From assembly GCA_965243135.1 (NCBI GenBank), contig OZ251539.1:3648001-3712000 (forward strand): DNA of 64,000 nt, read 5' to 3'. Below, one piece after another: positions 40,135 to 50,663 of this stretch. The position numbers and the translations under genes are program-made. The DNA comes from Alphaproteobacteria bacterium. Its GTDB lineage: Bacteria; Pseudomonadota; Alphaproteobacteria; MPNO01; UBA830. Numbering within the stretch: the stretch's first letter is position 1; every line of letters begins with the position of its first letter. The notes under the pieces were generated by a model. The model saw only the letters and a program-made list of their open reading frames with translations, was not told the DNA's origin and made no database searches.

Positions 40135-41744
40135 CCGCCGGCCGCGCTCTGCGCAACGCATGCCACCGGGGCGCGCGGCTCTGGTTTCGCGGCTTCTTCT
40201 ACCCGAACACGCTTCGTTGCCGACGCCCGGACGGCCTGCTCCTCGCGCCGGACGACAACTGGCCGGGCGACCCCCGGCGAGGGCGGCTCGTGCTCGACGG
40301 CCGGTTTCGTTTTCTCGGACGCACGCTGAAGGGGCAGGACGTCCTCTCGGGAGCCGCGAGGCCCGGCGCGGCGTGGACGGCCGATTTCCACAGCTTCGCC
40401 TGGCTGCGTGATCTCCGCGCGGTGGGAACGGATTCGGCCCGGACGCGCGGCGCGGCGCTGCTGAGCGCCTGGATCGAACGAAACGCGAGATGGCGGCCTG
40501 TCTCCTGGCGCCCGGACGTGTTGTCCGACCGCATCTGCAACTGGCTGACCCACGCCGAGTTCTTCGAGGCGAACGCCGAGGCGGACTTCCTGAACAGTCT
40601 GGCGAGGCAGGTCAAGCATCTCTATCGCGTGTCCCGTTTCGTCGATCGGGATCTGGACCGGATGATCGTTCTGAAGGCCCAGATATACGCCGCCCTGTGC
40701 CTGCCCGGCGGCGGCGGGCAATTGCCGAAGCTGTTGCGCCGACTGTCGCAGGTCTGCGACCGGCAACTGCTGCCGGACGGCGGACACGTCATGCGGAGTC
40801 CCGCCGCGCAGTTGACTGCGCTGCGGCATCTGGTGGACGCGAAGTCGCTCATCGGCGCGGCCCGCGGCGACGAACCGGAGGAACTGCAGGACGCGGTCGA
40901 ACGCGCGGCGGCGATGGTCAGGTTCTTCCGTCACGGCGACGGAGGCATGGCGCTGTTCAACGGCGCGAACGAAGGCGAAGCCCCGACGACCGACGCCGTG
41001 CTGTCGCGCGCCGGGGCGCCGGGCGAGCCGCCCGCTTCCGCCCCGGATACCGGCTTCGAGCGCGTTTCCGCGAACCGCACGCTGTTGATCGTCGATGCCG
41101 GGCCGCCCGTTCGGGACGCGCCGGACGCTCACGCCGGAACGCTGAGTTTCGAGATGAGCGTCGGCGAGCAGCGCATCGTCGTCAATTGCGGCGCCTACGA
41201 CGGCATGGACGACGATTGGCGGCTCGCCCAGCGCGCGACCGCCGCTCATTCGACGGTCACCGTCGACGACCGCAACCTTTCGGTGCTGCGCGAGGACGGA
41301 ACGCTCGGCCCCGGTCCCGAATCGGTGACCTGCGAGCGCCTCGACTCGGACGACGGCACCTTGCTCGAAATGAGTCACGACGGATACCTGCGAAGCCGCG
41401 GGCCGAGCCATCGGCGCCGCATCTTCGTCGACGCCTCGGGAGAGGACGTCCGCGGCGAGGACACGCTGAGCGGCGCCGGTGCGCACAAGTTCGCGATCCG
41501 GTTTCACCTCCACCCCGCCGTCAAGGCGTCTCTCGTCAACAGCGGCGCCTCGGTGCTGTTGCGGCTGTCGGACGGCGCGGGATGGTGCCTGCGATGCGGA
41601 GGCGGAACCGCCAGCCTGCAGGAAAGCGTTTACCTCGGAAAGGCCGACGAAATCCGCCGGAGCGAGCAAATCGTCATCGACGGCGCGACGCAGCAGGGCG
41701 GCGCCCGCGTCAAATGGGCGATCGCAAAGCTGAAAGGCGGCTGA
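40131..41744 (+). CDS. Heparinase II/III family protein
   Basis: HSFAWLRDL, LPDGGH..RSP, FFRHGDG.MALFNG, HAGTLSFE, RATAAHST, SHDGY; ATGA overlap with rpe. Confidence 0.88.
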   Translation: MTAGRALRNACHRGARLWFRGFFYPNTLRCRRPDGLLLAPDDNWPGDPRRGRLVLDGRFRFLGRTLKGQDVLSGAARPGAAWTADFHSFAWLRDLRAVGTDSARTRGAALLSAWIERNARWRPVSWRPDVLSDRICNWLTHAEFFEANAEADFLNSLARQVKHLYRVSRFVDRDLDRMIVLKAQIYAALCLPGGGGQLPKLLRRLSQVCDRQLLPDGGHVMRSPAAQLTALRHLVDAKSLIGAARGDEPEELQDAVERAAAMVRFFRHGDGGMALFNGANEGEAPTTDAVLSRAGAPGEPPASAPDTGFERVSANRTLLIVDAGPPVRDAPDAHAGTLSFEMSVGEQRIVVNCGAYDGMDDDWRLAQRATAAHSTVTVDDRNLSVLREDGTLGPGPESVTCERLDSDDGTLLEMSHDGYLRSRGPSHRRRIFVDASGEDVRGEDTLSGAGAHKFAIRFHLHPAVKASLVNSGASVLLRLSDGAGWCLRCGGGTASLQESVYLGKADEIRRSEQIVIDGATQQGGARVKWAIAKLKGG

Positions 41745-41748
41745 TCCG

Positions 41749-43020
41749 TCAAAGCTGCCAGCGGCGCACCTTGTCGGAAAGAACGACCCGCCGCCACATT
41801 CCCTTGACGTCCGCGACCAGCCCGCAGGGCGAAACGAGCGATGCGATTTTCGAGGCGCCGAAAGCCGCATACGCGTCGTGGGCGACGGCGCCGATCACGC
41901 AATCGTAGCCGGACGCGGCGTCGAGCGAGGGCAGCAGATCCAGGCCGTACGCCCGCTTCGCCTCCGCCCCGTTCACGAGCGCGTCGTGGACGTCGACCGC
42001 GAATCCCCGGCCGCGGAGGGCGCGGACGATATCGATGACCCGCGAATTGCGCAGATCGGGCACGTTTTCCTTGAACGTCAGACCCAGCACGAGAACGCGC
42101 GCGTTCGGCTCCGTCAGTTCGGCCGCGATGCATTCGGCGATGTAGTATCCCATCCTGTCGTTGATGCGGCGCCCCGCGAGCGTGATTTCGGGCGTGTGGC
42201 CGACCGCCGCCGCCGCATGCGCCAGATAGAACGGATCGATGCCGACGCAGTGGCCGCCGACGAGGCCCGGACGGAAGTCGAGATAGTTCCATTTGGTTTT
42301 CGCTGCCTCGAGGACGTCGAGGGTCGATATCCCCATCTTGCCGAATATCGTCGCGATCTCGTTGATGAAGGCGATGTTTATGTCCCGTTGGGCGTTCTCG
42401 ATGATCTTCGCCGCTTCGGCGGTGCGGATGTCCGGCGCCCGGAATATCGTATCCGAAGTGATCGAACCGTAGAGTTCCGCCAAGGTTTCGGCGGTGGCGG
42501 GAGTCTGGCCCGCGATCACTTTGGCGATCTTGTCGACTCTGTGGACCTGATCGCCCGGATTGGTGCGCTCCGGCGAATAGCCGAGAAAGAAGTCCTCGCC
42601 GCATTTCAAGCCCGACGCGTCCTCCAGTATCGGGCCGCAGACGTTCTCGGTGACGCCCGGATAGACGGTGCTTTCGTATACGACGATCGCGTTCCTGCCG
42701 AGCAACGAACCGACGGTGCGGCTGGCCCGCCGCAGCGGCCCGAGATCCGGGCTGTTGTCGGCGGTGATGGGCGTGGGCACCGTCACGATGTAGACGTCGG
42801 CGCCGGCGGCGTCCGACGGATCCGCCGAACAGGCGAGAGAGCTCGACCGCAAGGCTTCGGGAGCGACCTCGCGGGTTTTGTCGACGCCCTCCTTGAGCTC
42901 GGCCACGCGATTCGCGTCGGTGTCGAAACCGATGACGCCGAAGACTCTCGCCAGGGCGACGGCCAGCGGCAACCCGACGTAACCGAGGCCGATGACGGCG
43001 ATACGGGTGTTCTCGTTCAA
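41749..43020 (-). CDS. UDP-N-acetyl-hexosamine 6-dehydrogenase (TviB/WbpO-like)
   Basis: IGLGYVGLP, YESTVYPG, YSPER.NPG, PGLVGGHC, LGLTFKENVPDLRNS; TTG start inferred. Confidence 0.92.
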   Translation of the reverse strand: MNENTRIAVIGLGYVGLPLAVALARVFGVIGFDTDANRVAELKEGVDKTREVAPEALRSSSLACSADPSDAAGADVYIVTVPTPITADNSPDLGPLRRASRTVGSLLGRNAIVVYESTVYPGVTENVCGPILEDASGLKCGEDFFLGYSPERTNPGDQVHRVDKIAKVIAGQTPATAETLAELYGSITSDTIFRAPDIRTAEAAKIIENAQRDINIAFINEIATIFGKMGISTLDVLEAAKTKWNYLDFRPGLVGGHCVGIDPFYLAHAAAAVGHTPEITLAGRRINDRMGYYIAECIAAELTEPNARVLVLGLTFKENVPDLRNSRVIDIVRALRGRGFAVDVHDALVNGAEAKRAYGLDLLPSLDAASGYDCVIGAVAHDAYAAFGASKIASLVSPCGLVADVKGMWRRVVLSDKVRRWQL

Positions 43021-43182
43021 TTCGGTCGTTCCTTTTCGTACCGTCCGGAGGATGTAGTCGGGATTTCCGTTCACGCGCCGGGGGCGCGGCGCCTTTCGCG
43101 CGTCCGGTTCGAGAGCGCCGTTGCGCGCATGATTATCGGGAACCGCCGCGCCGCGCCATTGTCCCGGTTCGCAGAGGCAGGG

Positions 43183-44352
43183 TCAAGCCGCGGCCGCGAA
43201 CTCGATGTCGCCGACGCGCTTCAAAGGCGCGGCGGTGATGGCGTCGGACAGCGGATATTCGTGGTCGCCGGGATAGAGGATCCACAAGTGTTCGAGTCCG
43301 AGGTCTTCGATGACGACGTGCATGGACTTCGTCGTTCTGGGGGCGTCCGTGCATTTGAATTCGAAGCCCCAGCGCCGCCCCCGCCGCAACAGCATGAGAT
43401 CCAGTTCGGCGCCGCGCCGGGTAGCGTAGAAATAGGCTTCGCGCTCGCCGTGAGCGATGAGGGTCTGCTCCAGGGCGAACCCTTCCCAGCTGGCGCCGTA
43501 ACGCGGATGGACCGGCAATTCCTCCGGCTCTTCCAGTCCCAACAGGAAATGAAGCATGCCGCTGTCCCTCAGATAGATCTTTGGAGATTTGACGATCCGC
43601 TTGCCGAGATTCTCGAACCACGGCGGCAATATCCGGATCATGTAGGTGCCCGCCAGCAGATCGCGATAGTGGTTGACGGCCGTTACGCTCGCGTCCATCG
43701 AGCGGCCCAGTTCCGAAGCGTTCCACGTCTGCCCGTGATAATGCGCCAGCATTCTCCAGAAGCGGCGCAGCGACTCGGGCGGCACGCGCGGCCGCAGGCC
43801 CGGGACGTCCCGTTCCAGAAACGTGCGGGTGAACGCCTCCATCCAGCGCCTCCATCCGTCCGTCGACGGGGCCAGGTAGGCTCTCGGAAATCCGCCGCGC
43901 ATCCACAATCGATCCTGATTCTCCGGTCCCGCTTCCGCGAGCGAAAAACCGCCGACTTCCACGAACGAAATCCGGCCGGCCAGAGTTTCCGAGACGCCCC
44001 GGATCAGGTCCCAGGAAGCGCTGCCAAGGAGCAGAAAGACCGCTTTCCGGCCCGGATCGTCGCAGATGGGCCGCAACGTCTCGAACAGTCCCGGGAGTCG
44101 CTGAACCTCGTCGATGACCACCAGACCTTCCGCCTGGCGGAGCAGCCGCTCGGGAGTTCCAGTCAACGCTTCCCGAACCGCGCCCACTTCCAGATCGAAG
44201 ACGGTGGACGGCCCGGACCAGACGGACGCCGCTTGCGCGGCCAAGGTTGTTTTTCCTGTCTGGCGCGCGCCGAGCAGCGCGACTGCCGGCGCTTCGGAGA
44301 GACCGTTGAGAGCTGCGGCGAGCAGGTCCGGCCGTGCGATTTTTGGTTGCAT
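43183..44352 (-). CDS. AAA+ ATPase with DUF4143 domain (COG1373 type)
   Basis: GARQTGKTT, IDEVQ, LLGSAS, RGGFP, KSPKIYLRDSG, WEG, ELDL...GFEFK. Confidence 0.88.
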   Translation of the reverse strand: MQPKIARPDLLAAALNGLSEAPAVALLGARQTGKTTLAAQAASVWSGPSTVFDLEVGAVREALTGTPERLLRQAEGLVVIDEVQRLPGLFETLRPICDDPGRKAVFLLLGSASWDLIRGVSETLAGRISFVEVGGFSLAEAGPENQDRLWMRGGFPRAYLAPSTDGWRRWMEAFTRTFLERDVPGLRPRVPPESLRRFWRMLAHYHGQTWNASELGRSMDASVTAVNHYRDLLAGTYMIRILPPWFENLGKRIVKSPKIYLRDSGMLHFLLGLEEPEELPVHPRYGASWEGFALEQTLIAHGEREAYFYATRRGAELDLMLLRRGRRWGFEFKCTDAPRTTKSMHVVIEDLGLEHLWILYPGDHEYPLSDAITAAPLKRVGDIEFAAAA

Positions 44353-44544
44353 ATCCACTTCTTGAAATAAGATATGCAACGATAATTAAGACGAAAAGAG
44401 CGCGCGATCAAGCGTTCCCGCGCATGAAGCGGGCATCCGCGACATCGCCGCCGCGCCGTTCGGCGCGAAACCGCTCGGGTTTCGCGGACGGCTCCCGGCG
44501 GCAGCCCGCTGCCGCCGTCCCTCGAACGCCGCGGGCGGCGGCTC

Positions 44545-46479
<1,935 letters not shown>

Positions 46480-46509
46480 CGCAACTCCCTCCTGCTCGTT
46501 CGCCCGGAA

Positions 46510-46857
46510 TTATTCCTGCGTTCGCCCGTCCGGGCAAGGCGGCCCGCCGCCGACGAACACGTCGCCGCCTTCGACGCGCGCTTCGACCCGCGTCAGCGCC
46601 CGACCGGCGCAGGGTCCGCGCACGCAAGTCCCGCTCGCGACGTCGAACAGCGCCCCGTGCATCGAGCACAGGATCAGGTCGCGGTCGACGGACAGGAACG
46701 CGTGAGGCCGCCAGTCGAGCGGCGCGCCGTAATGCGGACAGACGTTGAGGTACGCGAACGCCTCGCCGCCTCGCCTGACGACGAAGAAGCGCCCGTCCGG
46801 GGAGCCGCGGCTGCCGGGGTCTTCGAGATCGTCCAGCCGGCAGAACGGAACGTTCAC
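46510..46857 (-). CDS. Rieske [2Fe-2S] domain protein
   Basis: CPH...CSMHGALF..G.C..GPC; GTGA overlap with the EVE gene. Confidence 0.88.
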   Translation of the reverse strand: MNVPFCRLDDLEDPGSRGSPDGRFFVVRRGGEAFAYLNVCPHYGAPLDWRPHAFLSVDRDLILCSMHGALFDVASGTCVRGPCAGRALTRVEARVEGGDVFVGGGPPCPDGRTQE

Positions 46858-47273
46858 CGCCCGGGATCCGTTCCGGCCATCTCGCAGATCAACCGCCATT
46901 CCTCGGCGCTCACCGGCACCACCGACAGGCGCGACTGCTTCACGAGCGCCAGATCGGCCAATCCCGGCTCCGCCTTGATGTCGGCGAGGGCGACCGGCTT
47001 CCGGACCGGTTTCACGGCCGTCACGTCGACCATTCCGAACCGGCCCGAGGCGTCGGTGCCGTCGGGGTAATGCTCCTTCGCGACCTCCACGATGCCGACG
47101 ATCCTTTTCTCGTTCACCGAGTGGTAGAAGAACCCCAGATCGCCCTTCTTCATCGCCTTCATGTTGTTGTTCGCCTGATGGTTGCGAACGCCGTCCCATT
47201 CGGCGGTTCCCGCCTTGACCTGATCGTCCCAGGACCAGGCGCCGGGTTCGGATTTGAACAGCCAGTACCGCAT
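46854..47273 (-). CDS. EVE domain protein
   Basis: YWLFKSEP, WDGVRNHQA, FFYHS, SRLSVVPV..EEW. Confidence 0.92.
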   Translation of the reverse strand: MRYWLFKSEPGAWSWDDQVKAGTAEWDGVRNHQANNNMKAMKKGDLGFFYHSVNEKRIVGIVEVAKEHYPDGTDASGRFGMVDVTAVKPVRKPVALADIKAEPGLADLALVKQSRLSVVPVSAEEWRLICEMAGTDPGR

Positions 47274-47275
47274 CC

Positions 47276-48295
47276 TCATCCTCCTCGTTTCGGGTGCGTC
47301 GGCGCGTCCCTCGCGCTTTCCGTCCTGAGGGGACGGGAAAGCAGCGCTTCGACGACCCGTTCGATCTCCGCCCCGCGGTTCAGCACCGCGTCGACGGCGT
47401 CCGCGATCGGCATGTCGACTCCGAGTTCCGCCGCCAGCGCGCTCGCCGCCGCCGCCGTGTATACGCCTTCCGTCACCGAATTTCTCTCGCCGAGCGCGTC
47501 TTCGAGCGATCTGCCGCGCCCCAGCTCCAGGCCCAGGGAATAGTTGCGCGACTGCTCGCTCGTGCAGGTCAGCACCAGATCGCCGAGTCCGGACAAGCCC
47601 GCCATGGTCTCGGCCCGCCCGCCCTTGGCGACGCACAGCCGCGTCAGCTCCGCGAGGCCGCGCGTCACGAGCGCGGCGCGAGCGTTGCAGCCGAAACCGA
47701 ACCCTTCGGAGATCCCGCATGCGATCGCCAGCACGTTTTTGACCGCGCCTCCGATCTGCGCGCCGACGACGTCGTCGCTCGTGTAGGGCCGGAACCGTTC
47801 GGAAGCCATGGAGGCGGCGAGCCCGGCCGTCGCCGCCGCGTCGGCGCCGGCAAGCGTCGCGGCGGCGGGAAGCCCCGCGGCGACCTCGCGGGCGAAAGTG
47901 GGGCCCGACAGGACGAGAACGGGGTTCGACGGGAATGTTTCCGAGACCGCCTCGCTCATCAGGCGGCGGGTTTCTTGCTCGATCCCCTTGGCGCAGACGA
48001 CCAGGGGGGTCGAAGCCGGGAGTTCGAGAGGCGCGACCGTGCGCCGCAGATGCTGCGCCGGAACCGCGAGGAGCAGGGTTTCGCAATCCGCCAGATCGCG
48101 CAGGTCGCAAGTCGCCCGGATCGCCGGGTTCAGGTCGATGCCGGGCAGATAGGCCCGATTGCGGCGAGCGAGGTTGACGTCGCTCGCGACGTCGCTCCCG
48201 CGCGCCCAGAGAGTCACCGCTCGGCCGGCGCGCCGCAGGGCCACCGACAGAGCGGTTCCCCAAGCGCCCGCGCCGACGATCCCGAATCCGGCTAT
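47276..48295 (-). CDS. gpsA: NAD(P)H-dependent glycerol-3-phosphate dehydrogenase
   Basis: GAGAWGTAL, CAKGIE, LSGPTFA.EV, GGAVKNVLAIA, GLGDLVLTC...SRN; start uncertain (ATA 48295). Confidence 0.93.
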   Translation of the reverse strand: MAGFGIVGAGAWGTALSVALRRAGRAVTLWARGSDVASDVNLARRNRAYLPGIDLNPAIRATCDLRDLADCETLLLAVPAQHLRRTVAPLELPASTPLVVCAKGIEQETRRLMSEAVSETFPSNPVLVLSGPTFAREVAAGLPAAATLAGADAAATAGLAASMASERFRPYTSDDVVGAQIGGAVKNVLAIACGISEGFGFGCNARAALVTRGLAELTRLCVAKGGRAETMAGLSGLGDLVLTCTSEQSRNYSLGLELGRGRSLEDALGERNSVTEGVYTAAAASALAAELGVDMPIADAVDAVLNRGAEIERVVEALLSRPLRTESARDAPTHPKRGG

Positions 48296-48945
48296 TTCCG
48301 CCTCGCCGCGGGCGTCAGATTGACGGAGACGGAAATCCGGGTTCCGTCGCCGCGGTATGGCCTGACAGCGTGCGAAAGCCACGACGGGAACATCAGCAGG
48401 AGCCCGGCCTGCGGCGCGATCAGTTCGCTGGCTCCGGCAGCCCCTCCGCCCAGATAGTCGAAGGTCAAATTCGGATTCAGCATGGCCGGCGCGACGCCGC
48501 GAGGATCCTGAATCTGGAATTCGCCGCCGAGAGACGGGTCGGCGCCCGCCCCGCCATCGTCGACGTAATACGCGGCCGACCAGAACGCGCCGGGATGCGT
48601 GTGGAGCTCGTTGCCGTTCCCGGTCCGGTTCACGTTGGCCCAGGCGTTCGTGAGCCATGCGACATCGACCGGCTTTCCCGCGCGGTCGCGCGTCATCCGG
48701 CTCGCGAGGCTTCGGACGGAGCGCAGCAGCCGCCGCGCCGCGTCGCCGCCCCAGCGCTCGAGATCCCAGCTCGATTGCCAGCCGCCAAGATTGCTGTGCT
48801 GCACGCTCGGATTTTTTTCTTCGCGGGCGAGGATCGCCTCGCGCAGCGCCTCGTTGTAGGCCGAGGCATCCGGCAGAACGACCTCGACCACCGGCGTCGC
48901 GAAGCGGCCGTTCACGGTCACCTTGGTCCCCCGGCCGCCGTTCAC
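48292..48945 (-). CDS. TIGR02466-like putative 2OG-Fe(II) oxygenase
   Basis: SNLGGWQS, WANVN, HTHPG, SAAYYV, DPR, FPSWLSHAV, RISVSVN. Confidence 0.85.
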   Translation of the reverse strand: MNGGRGTKVTVNGRFATPVVEVVLPDASAYNEALREAILAREEKNPSVQHSNLGGWQSSWDLERWGGDAARRLLRSVRSLASRMTRDRAGKPVDVAWLTNAWANVNRTGNGNELHTHPGAFWSAAYYVDDGGAGADPSLGGEFQIQDPRGVAPAMLNPNLTFDYLGGGAAGASELIAPQAGLLLMFPSWLSHAVRPYRGDGTRISVSVNLTPAARRK

Positions 48946-48948
48946 CTG

Positions 48949-49749
48949 TCAGTCCAACCGGTTGCGCCGCAGGAAATCGCCGATCGCCGCGTTGTATTCG
49001 TCGACCAGGATATGCGGAACGAAGTGGCCGCCGGTCGGCAAAATCGCCTTTTCCGCGCCGGGCACGGCTTCCGCGATTTCGTCCGACAGGTAGCGCGGGG
49101 TGACCATGTCGTCCTCCGCCACGATCACCAGCGTCGGAGCGGCGATGTCCGCGAGACGGTCGCGGCGGTCGAAAGCGCAGATCGCATCGATGCGGCTCGC
49201 CATGATTTCCGCGGGCTGGCCGGCGCCGGCGACGAAATTTTCCTGCGCGGCCATCGACTCTTCGTTGCGGGCGACATACCAGGGCGGATGGAGGGAAAGG
49301 AGCGAGTGGCGTGCGTATTCCGCCATGCCGAGGGCGTCGAGCACGGCCTTGCGCGCCGCGAAGGCGCGCCTGAAGTACCCGTCCCTTCCCGCCCAAGTGG
49401 CGCTGAGCACCAGCGCTCCCAAGCGGTCGGGATAGTCCTGCGCCACGATCTGCCCCATCGCTCCGCCGGTCGAATGTCCCACCCAGTGGGCGCGTTCGAT
49501 GCCGAGCGCGTCCAGCAAGCGAACGGCGTCCCCGGCCATCTGGTCGACCGAATACTCGATCCTGGACGGCGTGCTGCGGCCGCAGCCGCGATGGTCGTGG
49601 CAGATCACGCGGAAGTCGCTTTCCAGCGCCGGGATCTGGGCGTGCCAGAAGTTGCCCGCCCCTCCGAGGCCGGGCACCAGCATCACCGGTTCGCCGGCGC
49701 CCGTCTCCTCGCAGAAAATCTCCGCGTCGCCGATGTCGATTTTCGGCAC
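48949..49749 (-). CDS. Alpha/beta hydrolase (RutD/PcaD-like)
   Basis: DHRGCGRS, GHSTGG nucleophile elbow, DDMVTP, GGH. Confidence 0.88.
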   Translation of the reverse strand: MPKIDIGDAEIFCEETGAGEPVMLVPGLGGAGNFWHAQIPALESDFRVICHDHRGCGRSTPSRIEYSVDQMAGDAVRLLDALGIERAHWVGHSTGGAMGQIVAQDYPDRLGALVLSATWAGRDGYFRRAFAARKAVLDALGMAEYARHSLLSLHPPWYVARNEESMAAQENFVAGAGQPAEIMASRIDAICAFDRRDRLADIAAPTLVIVAEDDMVTPRYLSDEIAEAVPGAEKAILPTGGHFVPHILVDEYNAAIGDFLRRNRLD

Positions 49750-49758
49750 GGTCCCGTC

Positions 49759-50253
49759 CTATCCGGCGACCGTATCGTTCATGCCGAGCGACCGTTCGAC
49801 CGCCACGACGTCTTCGGGACGGGCGAAGGGCTCCGGAGCCCGGTCGTCACGGTCGCGCGGGCGTCCGACGGCCGCGAAGAAGTCCTCGAGTCCGGGCGGC
49901 GAGATAATCCACAGCATCACGAGGTCTTGGTCGCCGTCGTTCACGATCTCGTGCTTGACGTCGCATCCGAGAAACGCCGCGGATCCCGGAACGATGTCGT
50001 GCCGGACGCCGTCGACGTTCACGTGGCCCTTCCCTCGGAAGCATATCTGGATTTCCACCTGTTCCCCGTGGGAATGCTCCCGCACCCGCCCGCCGACGGC
50101 GATGGTCTGAAAGCCGGTGGACAGCCCGTCAAACCCGGTATTCGAGGGGAACAGCACCGGATCCGCATGTCCGTTCGCCGGAACCGGTTGCCACCAGCTG
50201 GGTCCGTCGCCGGGCTGCATGACCACCGAGCGTCCTCTCGTTGCCTCGTTCAT
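49759..50253 (-). CDS. Cupin domain protein
   Basis: HSH..QVE and H...N cupin motifs, SPPGLEDFF; GGAGG RBS. Confidence 0.85.
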   Translation of the reverse strand: MNEATRGRSVVMQPGDGPSWWQPVPANGHADPVLFPSNTGFDGLSTGFQTIAVGGRVREHSHGEQVEIQICFRGKGHVNVDGVRHDIVPGSAAFLGCDVKHEIVNDGDQDLVMLWIISPPGLEDFFAAVGRPRDRDDRAPEPFARPEDVVAVERSLGMNDTVAG

Positions 50254-50422
50254 GAGCCTCCTCCCGTGTTCGGCCCCCGACGCGAGCGGCGCTGCCGTAA
50301 AACCGTCTTGCGCGGCCGGCGTTCGAGGGGAATGCGTCCAGAATCGCGCCTTTCAGACAAGCCGCTGCGCACGGCGAGTATATCAAGGATGCGGACGGAC
50401 GGAAACGCGGCCTGACCGTTTT

Positions 50423-50508
50423 CGGGTCCACCGCCAGCGGATCCTCGCCGACCGCCGCCCGGTCGCGCTGCGCAAGCCGTGCCCGCAACGACGACAGGTT
50501 CCGCCTCG
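50423..50508 (-). repeat. Degenerate duplicate of an internal Rpn segment (51111-51202)
   Basis: CGGGTCCACCGCCAGCG...GTCGCGCTGCGCAA.CCG.GCCCGCAACGAC.ACAGGTTCCGCCTCG occurs at both sites. Confidence 0.85.
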
Positions 50509-50663
50509 CGGACTTGCAAGCAGGCGGCCGCTGCCGGCCGGACCGGCCGCGGCGCTTGCGCCGCGAACAAGTTCGGCGCGTCCGTCAGGAACCTCGGCCG
50601 CCTCCTTGAGAGCGGATCGCACTGCGGAGCGCTGCGCGCGTCGTCATGTAAGCGAAACGCGCG

